64,000 nt of DNA from Minisyncoccota bacterium (GTDB lineage: Bacteria; Patescibacteriota; Minisyncoccia; Minisyncoccales; JAGOPM01), in NCBI GenBank assembly GCA_041651395.1, contig JBAZJI010000001.1, forward strand, positions 251,920-315,919, read 5' to 3'. Made by a program: the position numbers and the translations under genes. Within the stretch, counting starts at the first letter, position 1; each line of letters opens with the position of its first letter. Of this stretch, positions 26,671 to 35,137 are shown piece by piece. The notes under the pieces were generated by a model, which saw nothing but the letters and a program-made list of their open reading frames with translations, ran no database searches and was not told the origin of the DNA.

Positions 26671-28770
26671 ATGAAGAGATTTGCAGTCGTTGCAATCGCG
26701 GTGGTAATGCTTATTGCAGGTTCGGTGGTACCAACATCACCGGCCACAGCAGCAGGTGCTGGATCCTTTGATCATCTTGGCAAAGCGTTTGACTTCAAGC
26801 CGATCGCTTTCTACCAAGGCAAAGATTTTAGCCTAGACAACTGGTCTAGAACACCGATCAAAAATACGTCTGGCACATCAAGTGCATACTATGGCGTATT
26901 GGAGACAACTGACCTGACGCAAGATGGCGTTTGGGGCATGGCAAGATTTTGCTTTGCTGACCTGTCATCGGCGGCTGGAGTTGTTGGAAAAACAGGATCG
27001 TTTATCCCGGCTAACGGGACTCAGGAAGCCAAAGTTACCTTTGAACCCAATGATGCGATAACCGGTCCGCGTTTTTACGAGCTGGGCATTGCCTCGTTCA
27101 AAGTTTGGCCTGATGGCGATCCGGATGGTTATTCTGAATTCAAAGTTGGCGCAATACTTGTCCCGATGGGCATTTATAATCTGACTTTGGGTAGTAAAGA
27201 ACTAACTCGTAAGAGAGTCCTTTCTTGGGACCGCACCAATACTGATGCTGCCAGCCGCTTCAAGTGGACAACTGATACAATCAGCACTACGGCTCCGGCA
27301 ATAATCAAAGGTGCAAGCTATCTGCCTTTGAGGGATGTGGGCGAATCGATTTTTGGCTGCGAGGTATTATGGGACCCCGACACCAAAACCGCGACCTACG
27401 CTTACATTTCAGGCGTATCTTCTTACAGAGTCAGCTTCACTATCGACAAGGCTGAGGCCACTGGAGTGCTCACTGATGGGAATGGCGAATCACTTACCAT
27501 CGTCGAAAAGATGGATGGATCCGCTCAGCTCATCGATGGCAAGACAATGGTTCCACTCAGAGCGATCAGCAAGCTGATGAAGGCAACAGTGGAATTTGAC
27601 AGCAGGACAAAGAAGATAACAATCACTTATCCTGAAAAGAAAACAAATTTCACAGACGTCAACAAGCCATACTCGGCTCCCAAGCCGGCCATGGAAATGA
27701 CAACCATGTCCGCCAATCAGCTTCCAACAGTTATTGATCAGGTTCAGTCAACGAGTGCCGCTGCCGGCACACTGAAGAGCTTCCTGAAGGATGTCAAATT
27801 CTTCACAGCTGTGCGCACGGGCGGCAAAACAGCCAATGTAGCACTTAACTTCGGTTATCCTTTCATGCAAGACATACAGTATGCAGACGCTTATATCATC
27901 ATGTCGCCATCGCGTTCCAAAGTTTATGCTTGGGACAGGATTCACAAGTTCCTGGGTAGGATAGAATTCGGCGGAGCCTCAAGGCCCCCGGTCTCTGATC
28001 CGGAATCACCATGGTTCAAAAAATTCATGGTAAGTACCCCAAGCGAACCCAATCCGTATAGAGAGCTGTTCAACAGCGTCTCTTGGCCATGGTATGACAC
28101 GGTCTATGACGGTTGCACTTACGACTTGTATATGCTTGACGCATCAAGGTATTTCATTGCCATTGAACTTGTTGATCCGCTGACTGGCGAAAAGATAACA
28201 GTTACGCCTTTCACTCAGCAGCAAATCTACAATGGTCAAACCGGCGTCTACGCAAAGGATAAACTCGGCAAGTATATCGTCGACATGTTTAACCTCAACG
28301 AATGGGCCAACAACCGTTACAAGGTGGACTCCCGCAAGGAATTCCTTTATGACGGCAAAGAGTTCAGCATCGGCGACACCATCACCATTGATAATATCAA
28401 TCTGAAAGGTGTTGACGAAAATACGCCAGTGGAGATCTGTATTGGCTATCAGAAGAACACGAAGGAAGTTATTCCAAATACTCCTTTCATCGGCGAATGG
28501 CTTGCTGGACCGTTTACCTACGGGACTCTGAAGGCTGAAGGTTTTTCCTTCACCCTCAAACAGACTCAGTTGGATAAGTTCGAAGAGCGCCTCATCAATG
28601 AATACAAAAAAGGCTACATCGAATCCGGCAAAAAAGTTGAAGATTACGGACCTTACAGTTCGTACGGATACTTTATTGTCGTCAGAGAAGTAGGCAGAAA
28701 AGACAACAAGGTTGTCTCTGAGGGTTACCTCAAATTTGAAGGAGCCGTCACCTACAGCCAGTATCCCTGA
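26671..28770 (+). CDS. secreted protein with copper-amine-oxidase-N-like 'stalk' domain
   Basis: It has a signal peptide (MKRFAVVAIAVVMLIAGSVVPTSPATAAGA). The stalk-domain halves are ASYLPLRDVGESIFGCEVLWDPDTKTATY and IDGKTMVPLRAISKLMKATVEFDSRTKKITITY. It has a strong SD (AAGGAGGA). The remaining roughly 450 aa are unrecognised. Confidence 0.7.
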   Translation: MKRFAVVAIAVVMLIAGSVVPTSPATAAGAGSFDHLGKAFDFKPIAFYQGKDFSLDNWSRTPIKNTSGTSSAYYGVLETTDLTQDGVWGMARFCFADLSSAAGVVGKTGSFIPANGTQEAKVTFEPNDAITGPRFYELGIASFKVWPDGDPDGYSEFKVGAILVPMGIYNLTLGSKELTRKRVLSWDRTNTDAASRFKWTTDTISTTAPAIIKGASYLPLRDVGESIFGCEVLWDPDTKTATYAYISGVSSYRVSFTIDKAEATGVLTDGNGESLTIVEKMDGSAQLIDGKTMVPLRAISKLMKATVEFDSRTKKITITYPEKKTNFTDVNKPYSAPKPAMEMTTMSANQLPTVIDQVQSTSAAAGTLKSFLKDVKFFTAVRTGGKTANVALNFGYPFMQDIQYADAYIIMSPSRSKVYAWDRIHKFLGRIEFGGASRPPVSDPESPWFKKFMVSTPSEPNPYRELFNSVSWPWYDTVYDGCTYDLYMLDASRYFIAIELVDPLTGEKITVTPFTQQQIYNGQTGVYAKDKLGKYIVDMFNLNEWANNRYKVDSRKEFLYDGKEFSIGDTITIDNINLKGVDENTPVEICIGYQKNTKEVIPNTPFIGEWLAGPFTYGTLKAEGFSFTLKQTQLDKFEERLINEYKKGYIESGKKVEDYGPYSSYGYFIVVREVGRKDNKVVSEGYLKFEGAVTYSQYP

Positions 28771-28793
28771 AACAAATAGCCCGAAAGGGTTTT

Positions 28794-28817
28794 CGCCCCA
28801 TCGCAAGATGGGGCTTT
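28794..28817 (+). terminator. rho-independent terminator
   Basis: GCCCCATC-GCAA-GATGGGGC is followed by TTTT. Confidence 0.8.
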
Positions 28818-28951
28818 TACATAAATCAAATATCAAATAATAAAAAGTGGCAACGGGCAGGGCAAACATGTCCGATAATCGGCATAAGGGACAATAGACA
28901 AAGGGGACATTTTGGGCTTATATTGAAAGAAGAAAAAGGGTTAAGTCTCTA

Positions 28952-28980
28952 TTGACATTTTAGGTAATCTGTGATATAAT
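28952..28980 (+). promoter_or_regulatory. perfect-consensus sigma-70 promoter, TTGACA-17 nt-TGATATAAT
   Basis: This is an exact TTGACA and TATAAT with a 17-nt spacer and an extended -10 TG. A 5' UTR hairpin follows at 28990-29015 (GCAAAAGG/CCTTTTGC). Confidence 0.75.
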
Positions 28981-29038
28981 ATAGATATCGCAAAAGGTGC
29001 ATTTTTGCCTTTTGCAACCAATAAAAAAATATAAAAAT

Positions 29039-32000
29039 ATGAACAAAAATATCAAAAATATTTTGTTTGCAGTCGGTGCCATCTTGGTGCTTGCTTTGGG
29101 CTATATGGCCTTTGGCGGCAAATTGGCTGGTGCCGAATCTTTAATCCAGCCCGTCCCGATGCTCGACGGTTCTGCGCAGGTTGGCGCTACCACTGCCATG
29201 GTTAAAGGCAATGTTATCGTCAATGCCAGCACCGACTCGGCTGAGGTGTATTTTGTGGCCCAGCCTAATAGCGGCGGCTCCACCATCATCTCTAACAAGA
29301 CGATTGTGGCCAGCTCTCAAGGCGCAACTTTGGGTGTGACTGGTATTTTAACCGGGCTCAATCCGGCAACAGCCTACACTTATTATTTGCAGGCTGATTT
29401 CCGCGGCCAGAATGTGAAAAGCCCCGTGGCATCTTTTACCACTTTGGAGGCTCAGGCCGGTAAAAGCGATTATTATGCTTGTATCGGTAATTCTTGCCAA
29501 TGGGTTGGCTTGACCACTCAAGCTGAATGTAACGCTAGTTACTCCGCTTGCAGCACTGTCCCCGGATGCAATAGCTCCTGTGCCAGCACTGACGGCGGCA
29601 GCGGTACTAATACCAGCGCCGGAGATGAGCGGACCGATTATTACACTTGCCAAGGCAATACCTGCCAATGGGTTGGTATTATGACTAAGGCTCAGTGTGA
29701 TAAATTATATTCCATTTGCAGCGCCAGTCGCGATTGCGGTGGAGTTTGTAATTCCAATACTACCGGCTCAGGCACGGAAAGCTCCCAAAAGAGGGATTTC
29801 TATTCCTGCGAAAATAATGCTTGCACTTGGAAAGGTTTTATGACCCCGGCGGCCTGCGCCCAGCTTTATGGTGCGGCCAACTGCCATATTACCCCGAACT
29901 GTGATGGAACTTGTTCAAATAGTTCAACCAGCTCTGAGCAGAGCACTGCCAAATACGATTTCTACGGTTGTGTCAGCAATACCTGCCAATGGTTGGGTTT
30001 AATGAGCGAGGCTAATTGCCACGCTACCAACGGTTCTAATTGTTACAGAAATATTAATTGTGATAATGTTTGCTCGACCTCTAATGGCGGCTCCAATAAT
30101 GATTCTGCCGCTAAATACGATTTCTATGGTTGCGTCAGCAACACCTGCCAATGGTTGGGCAATATGACCCAAGCCAGATGCAATGAGCTTAATGGTTCTA
30201 ATTGTTATAGGAGTAATGTCTGTGACAACGTTTGTTCTGGTACTAGCGGCGGCTCCAATAATGATTCTGCCGCTAAATACGATTTCTATGGTTGCGTCAG
30301 CAACACCTGCCAATGGTTGGGCAACATGACTTTGGCCAACTGCCAATCAGTCTATGGTTCTAACTGTTCTCACAACAATTATTGCGACAATCGCTGCACC
30401 CAGACCTCTAATGGCGGGGGCACCGATATTTATACTAAATACGATTTCTACGGCTGTGTTGGTAATGCCTGCCAATGGTTGGGCAACATGACTTTCCCGC
30501 AATGCCAATCAGTCTACGGTTATAATTGTTCTCGCAATAACTATTGCGACAATCGCTGCACTTCTGGTTCAAACGGCGGCAGCACTGAGACTAATACTAA
30601 ATACGATTTCTATGGTTGTGTCAGCAATACTTGCCAATGGTTGGGCAACATGACTTTGGCCAACTGCCAATCAGTTTATGGCTCTAACTGTTCTCGCAAT
30701 AACTATTGCGACAATCGCTGCACCTCGAACTCCAATGGCGGCGGCACAACTGATACCCAAAATAAATATGATTTTTATTCTTGCCAAGGAAACACTTGCC
30801 AGTGGTCTGGTTACATGACTTTGGCCAACTGCCAAGCGCTTTATGGCTCTAACTGTTCTCGTAACACCAGCTGTGATAATCGCTGCGTTTCCACCCCCAG
30901 TAATGGTGGCGGTTCAAACGATACTGCTACGAAGCAGAATTTCTACGGCTGCCAAGGCGATACTTGCCAATGGTTAGGTTACATGACTTTAGCCAAATGC
31001 AATGAGCTTTACGGTGGAAATTGTTACGCTTCACAAACCTGCAATTTGCAGTGTGCCGCTGACCAAAAGTTTAATTTGTATGCTTGCAAGGATAATTCTT
31101 GCGGTTCAGCCGGTTACATGAGTATGGCCGAATGTAAGGCCAAATATGGTGATTGTTACAAGACTTCTAATTGCGATAACAAATGCACTATTGAACAAAC
31201 CAAACGGGATTTCTATGGTTGTATCGGCAACACCTGCCAATGGTTGGGCTACATGACTTTGACTAACTGCCAAAATCTTTATGGCAGCGCCAACTGCAGC
31301 CTCACCAACAACTGTGATAATCGCTGTAGCGGTTCGACCACTGATAAATATGATTTCTATGGTTGTTCCAACAACACTTGTGTCTGGTGGGGCAATCTGA
31401 CCCAAGAGCAGTGCAACTCTGCCCATGGTTCAAGCAACTGTTACAAGGTTTCTAATTGCAATAGCCAGTGTTCCAATTCCGGAATCTATAATCCTTCTAT
31501 TATCACGAGGAGCGCTAGCAATATTAACTATCACAACGCCACTCTTAATGCTGATTTGACCAGTATGGGCAACAGCGATTACGTTGTGGTCTGGTTCGAA
31601 TATGGTAATTCTCAAAGCAATACGCGCCAGAGCATTCACCGCTCACGCTATGCCACCGGCTACTTTGGCATTGATGTCGATGACCTAAATGAGGGCTATA
31701 CCTATTGGTATCGCGCCGTGGCCAGAAACAACAATGGCACTTATGTCTATGGCGATTGGATGACTTTTGTCTCCAGCGGCACCGGATATAATTCTAATAG
31801 GCCTTATGTGAATACTTTAAGCGCTACGGATGTGGATTATAATTCAGCTACTTTGCGCGGAGACTTAATCAACCTTGGTGGTTCAACGGTGATGAATTTC
31901 ATCCAAACTGCCAATGCCGATGAAAATGCTTTAGTGTGGTTTGAGTGGGGCCGCGATACGGACTACGACTATACCACTACCAAACGCAGCCGCTCTTATA

Positions 32001-32776
32001 CCGGAACTTTCAGCCATGAGCTGACCGGCTTGGACGAAGGCGTCACTTATCACTATCGGGCTTGCGCTTCCAATAGCTACGGCACTTATTGTGATGATGA
32101 CATGACTTTCCGCACTGGCGGTTACAACGGCTACAATAGCACTTCTGAACAAGATTTCACCACTTGGATTTGGGCTCGCAATTTGAGCGAGAATCAAACC
32201 AAATGGCAAAAGGATTTGGTTTATGCCAAGCCCGGAGACCGGATCGCTTTCATTGTCCAAATTAAGAACAATACTGATTCGACCATTCGCAATATCATTG
32301 TCCGCAATTATTTGCCCAATGGTTTGACCTATAGCGGCATTACCAAGTTTGAAGACTTGCAACTTGACCGCAATATGGGACAAAACATCAATATCGGTAA
32401 TTTGTCTATTGATCAAACCCGCACCTTGATCTTTGAGGCCACAGTGACCGGAAATTTCAATTATGGCAATACCGAGTTGAAGGACATTGTCAGGTCTAGC
32501 AATAGCAATCTTGCTTCTTCCGATTCCATTATCATCAATGTGGCCAAAGCCCGGGTTTTGGGTACATATAACCAACCCAGCTCCATGAGCACCGGCTTGT
32601 CCTCTAATATCATTGATTTCGTTTTACTTCCGATTATTCTTGCCATCATCGTTTTGTTCGTTTTCCGTAACCAAATAATGGCCTTTGTCGCCACTTGGGA
32701 CAAAAGCGAATATTCTGCCCAAGCCAAGCTTGCTCAGAAAAAGCTGATGGAAAAGATTTCTATTTTAAGGAGATAA
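29039..32776 (+). CDS. large surface protein: FN3-like + 13 six-Cys modules + 2 FN3-like + DUF11-like + C-terminal TM anchor
   Basis: The ATG at 29039 (MNKNIKNILFAVGAILVLAL, signal/TM) is preferred because the track's GTG at 28997 lies inside the 5' UTR hairpin. The FN3-like LNPATAYTYYLQA precedes 13 tandem modules. These are followed by EGYTYWYRAVARNNNG and EGVTYHYRACASNSYG FN3-like domains, the DUF11-like AKPGDRIAFIVQIKNNTDSTIRNIIVRNYLPNGLTY, and the C-terminal TM IIDFVLLPIILAIIVLFVF. Confidence 0.8.
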   Translation: MNKNIKNILFAVGAILVLALGYMAFGGKLAGAESLIQPVPMLDGSAQVGATTAMVKGNVIVNASTDSAEVYFVAQPNSGGSTIISNKTIVASSQGATLGVTGILTGLNPATAYTYYLQADFRGQNVKSPVASFTTLEAQAGKSDYYACIGNSCQWVGLTTQAECNASYSACSTVPGCNSSCASTDGGSGTNTSAGDERTDYYTCQGNTCQWVGIMTKAQCDKLYSICSASRDCGGVCNSNTTGSGTESSQKRDFYSCENNACTWKGFMTPAACAQLYGAANCHITPNCDGTCSNSSTSSEQSTAKYDFYGCVSNTCQWLGLMSEANCHATNGSNCYRNINCDNVCSTSNGGSNNDSAAKYDFYGCVSNTCQWLGNMTQARCNELNGSNCYRSNVCDNVCSGTSGGSNNDSAAKYDFYGCVSNTCQWLGNMTLANCQSVYGSNCSHNNYCDNRCTQTSNGGGTDIYTKYDFYGCVGNACQWLGNMTFPQCQSVYGYNCSRNNYCDNRCTSGSNGGSTETNTKYDFYGCVSNTCQWLGNMTLANCQSVYGSNCSRNNYCDNRCTSNSNGGGTTDTQNKYDFYSCQGNTCQWSGYMTLANCQALYGSNCSRNTSCDNRCVSTPSNGGGSNDTATKQNFYGCQGDTCQWLGYMTLAKCNELYGGNCYASQTCNLQCAADQKFNLYACKDNSCGSAGYMSMAECKAKYGDCYKTSNCDNKCTIEQTKRDFYGCIGNTCQWLGYMTLTNCQNLYGSANCSLTNNCDNRCSGSTTDKYDFYGCSNNTCVWWGNLTQEQCNSAHGSSNCYKVSNCNSQCSNSGIYNPSIITRSASNINYHNATLNADLTSMGNSDYVVVWFEYGNSQSNTRQSIHRSRYATGYFGIDVDDLNEGYTYWYRAVARNNNGTYVYGDWMTFVSSGTGYNSNRPYVNTLSATDVDYNSATLRGDLINLGGSTVMNFIQTANADENALVWFEWGRDTDYDYTTTKRSRSYTGTFSHELTGLDEGVTYHYRACASNSYGTYCDDDMTFRTGGYNGYNSTSEQDFTTWIWARNLSENQTKWQKDLVYAKPGDRIAFIVQIKNNTDSTIRNIIVRNYLPNGLTYSGITKFEDLQLDRNMGQNINIGNLSIDQTRTLIFEATVTGNFNYGNTELKDIVRSSNSNLASSDSIIINVAKARVLGTYNQPSSMSTGLSSNIIDFVLLPIILAIIVLFVFRNQIMAFVATWDKSEYSAQAKLAQKKLMEKISILRR
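29462..31485 (+). repeat. coding tandem array of 13 six-cysteine modules (module A, about 45-56 aa each)
   Basis: The unit consensus is KYDFYGC-x4-C-QWLGNMT-x3-C-x7-C-x5-C-DNRC followed by a G/S/N/T linker. A 77-bp exact DNA repeat lies at 30086-30162 and 30248-30324 (offset 162 bp). Confidence 0.85.
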
Positions 32777-32856
32777 AACGCCAGCCCCGTGAATATTAAA
32801 AAGCTTTAGGGCAACTTGGCCGCTAGTGGCCACGCCCCAGAGCTCCAATCTAGTTC

Positions 32857-32885
32857 GCAAACCCCGCCGCCAGGCGGGGCTTTGC
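32857..32885 (+). terminator. strong GC hairpin after the 1245-aa gene (terminator-like, weak T tract)
   Basis: GCAAACCCCGCC-GCCA-GGCGGGGCTTTGC forms a 12-bp stem with one bulge. Only TTT lies within the stem. Confidence 0.5.
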
Positions 32886-32915
32886 GTTAAGCGTGCCTCT
32901 CCACAGGCGCGCTTT

Positions 32916-32944
32916 TTGTTTTTTTGATAATGGAAAACTATAAT
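32916..32944 (+). promoter_or_regulatory. promoter candidate, TTGTTT-17 nt-TATAAT
   Basis: The -10 TATAAT lies at 32939-32944. The 15-mer CTATAATTAAAGCAA (32938-32952) recurs exactly at 39668-39682. Confidence 0.55.
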
Positions 32945-32984
32945 TAAAGCAAGGCGGATATCGTCACCGCCGTATTCCCCAATT

Positions 32985-35120
32985 ATGGGAAAAATACAAA
33001 AGGTTATTTTAAGCGTAATTTTAGCAGGCATTTGCTTGCCGGTTTTGGTTTTGGCCCAAGCGGCTCCAAAATACAAAATCGAAAATATTAAAACGCGCTA
33101 CGATGGCAAAAATACCATCGTGACTGGCAAAATTTCCACTTCGGAAAAAATTTCCGACCATTTGATTTATGTGAAGTTTTTCGATCGGGCCAAACCTAAC
33201 AATACTTTAACTTTTAATACCGGGAAAAAACCGGCTTTAGGGAATTTTTCCGTGACGATTTTGGATTTCAAAATACCGATAGGCTATTCGACCAATGTGT
33301 ATTTGCAAAAAATCGCCAAGCCGGAAATTTTAAGCGTTCGTTTTGCTAATTTGCCGCGCAATGCTTCGGAGGGTGTTTACACGGGGGAAAAAATTTCCAT
33401 CGTTTGGAGTACGCGCAATATGCCCGCTGACGCCACAATGACGATCATGATGTATCCGATTAATGAAGGAGGCAGAAAGGGAACTCCGACTATTTTGGCT
33501 ACCGGCGAGCCCGACGACGGGCTTTTCGAGTTTAATATTCCAACCGGCCTCTTAAAAACCACCGAACCTGATTACAAGCCCTATATGGCCAGCGTGCAAT
33601 ATCTAAATACGGCCAAAGATGCAGAGGGTTTTATTTATATCAAACACATTGGTTGCCCGATTTTTTCTTTTTTCGATCCGCTTTATGAAAATACCAGCCT
33701 CGTTCAAAAGGTTTCTATTATTGACCCCGGGGACGCGGTTACTGGTAATGTTGGTTTGCGCCTTTTTGAATATCGAAATAATGTTTTGTCCCGCGATCCG
33801 ATAGAGTGGGATAGCGGCAATAGAATTAAAGTTGACTTTTCCAGTGCGGAATTTTCTATAAAAACCAAAAGCCAGCTCGATTCCAATAGCAAATATTATG
33901 GATATTTGCGCGGAGATTTCTGGGACGCCAATGGGGACCTTTTGGAATGCGTGGCCCGCCGGTTTTATTTTTTAACGCCTAAGAATTTTTACCTCGGCCA
34001 AAAAAAGACCATTGAGGTCCTGCCGGTGGCCGAGGCGGCCAAAACCTTGAAGGCCGGGGATAAAATTACTGCCAAATGGGAGACCATCGGTATTAGCCCC
34101 AAAGAGCGTGTTTATATCAGGGTCAGCGAGCCTAAAGATTTGATTTATAAACAAGGTTATTCCCGGCCGCCGGGCACGCCGGTCGTTAATAATGGTTTGG
34201 CTGTTATTAAAATACCCTCTGTCTACAAGGATATGTTGGCTAATCTCCAAGTGGCTTTTCAGGATAGTGAAACAAAATCAATTATCAGAGGGGTTGGCAA
34301 GGGTTTTTATGTGGGCAAGAATCAATGCCCGATTGTTACTATCAGTAGTTTTGAGCCCAGATATTACGGCTTGGTAGCGGAGGCGGCTTTGGAAAATCCG
34401 CAGAATTATAAAAATGCCAAGATTTGGTTTAATAGCAAACGATTGCGAAACGACAGCAATACTTTCCCGGGAGAAAACGAGCAGAATATGTATGACGATG
34501 GCAAGACCTACAAGGATATCGGCTTTAATTCGGAAGAGCGGAATTTTGACCCCAAGACTAAAAAGGCGACGATTTATTTTCCACGAAACGAGACAAAAAA
34601 TTATCCGGGAAAAATTTTATTCAGGCCCAACTCTCATTATTTGGCGGTTTTTTATTTTTCCTCCGACAAGCTGGAAACACCCTGCCAAGTTGCCGCTTTT
34701 GATTATTGGTCAAAAAGCGACAAGGGCGTATCGCGCGCCAGTGTTGCGGATTTGGGTTACGTGATGCTGGATAAAAATACTTTTGAGGTGTCGGGCCAAG
34801 TTGATTCGCAAGGTTTTTCCGAGGAGGGCGTGGTTCCTTACGTGGAGGTTACTGCTAGCCAATGGGATTATGATGAAGGCACGGAGGGCAAAAATTTTGT
34901 CTTTTACGCCAAAGGGTCTAAAGAGCTTTCGCCCAAGAAAGTAAAAGAGGGCAACAGGTTTTATATCAGGGCTTTTGCGTCGGAAATTGATTTATCCAAG
35001 AGCTCTTGGCTATACCGTTTGTGCGCCAAAGATGCCGGAGATTCCTTTATGAAAATGTCCAATAATTGCCAGCCATTTTCGGCCCTGCCAATAATGAAAG
35101 AATTAAATTTCGGCTATTAG
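32985..35120 (+). CDS. secreted protein of unknown function (711 aa)
   Basis: It has a signal peptide (MGKIQKVILSVILAGICLPVLVLAQA). I recognise no domain. It probably consists of repeated Ig-like beta modules. Confidence 0.65.
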   Translation: MGKIQKVILSVILAGICLPVLVLAQAAPKYKIENIKTRYDGKNTIVTGKISTSEKISDHLIYVKFFDRAKPNNTLTFNTGKKPALGNFSVTILDFKIPIGYSTNVYLQKIAKPEILSVRFANLPRNASEGVYTGEKISIVWSTRNMPADATMTIMMYPINEGGRKGTPTILATGEPDDGLFEFNIPTGLLKTTEPDYKPYMASVQYLNTAKDAEGFIYIKHIGCPIFSFFDPLYENTSLVQKVSIIDPGDAVTGNVGLRLFEYRNNVLSRDPIEWDSGNRIKVDFSSAEFSIKTKSQLDSNSKYYGYLRGDFWDANGDLLECVARRFYFLTPKNFYLGQKKTIEVLPVAEAAKTLKAGDKITAKWETIGISPKERVYIRVSEPKDLIYKQGYSRPPGTPVVNNGLAVIKIPSVYKDMLANLQVAFQDSETKSIIRGVGKGFYVGKNQCPIVTISSFEPRYYGLVAEAALENPQNYKNAKIWFNSKRLRNDSNTFPGENEQNMYDDGKTYKDIGFNSEERNFDPKTKKATIYFPRNETKNYPGKILFRPNSHYLAVFYFSSDKLETPCQVAAFDYWSKSDKGVSRASVADLGYVMLDKNTFEVSGQVDSQGFSEEGVVPYVEVTASQWDYDEGTEGKNFVFYAKGSKELSPKKVKEGNRFYIRAFASEIDLSKSSWLYRLCAKDAGDSFMKMSNNCQPFSALPIMKELNFGY

Positions 35121-35137
35121 TAAAATCGTTATAAAAA

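Noticed and set aside
28144-28869. 241-aa minus-strand ORF
   Set aside because: It is antisense to the stalk-domain gene and runs through that gene's terminator. The plus-strand gene has a promoter, SD, signal peptide and domain motifs. It is a shadow ORF.
28997-29038. Track-proposed GTG start (28997) for the 1245-aa gene, and the TTG start (39646) for the glycosidase gene
   Set aside because: Both lie within or upstream of the predicted promoter or 5' UTR hairpin. The downstream ATGs (29039, 39691) immediately precede clear signal peptides.
29462-31485. Regularly spaced DNA repeats that might be mistaken for a CRISPR array or a non-coding satellite
   Set aside because: The periodicity is a multiple of 3 (about 135-168 bp). 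The repeats sit inside one continuous ORF and encode a conserved six-Cys module. There is no short repeat plus unique spacer organisation and there are no cas genes.
29999-32575. Several 100-214-aa minus-strand ORFs (29999-30346, 31106-31426, 31931-32575), plus similar ones inside the giant gene (42112-42702, 47536-48371)
   Set aside because: All are antisense to long, motif-rich, uninterrupted plus-strand ORFs. Their open frames are a by-product of the repeat and codon composition.
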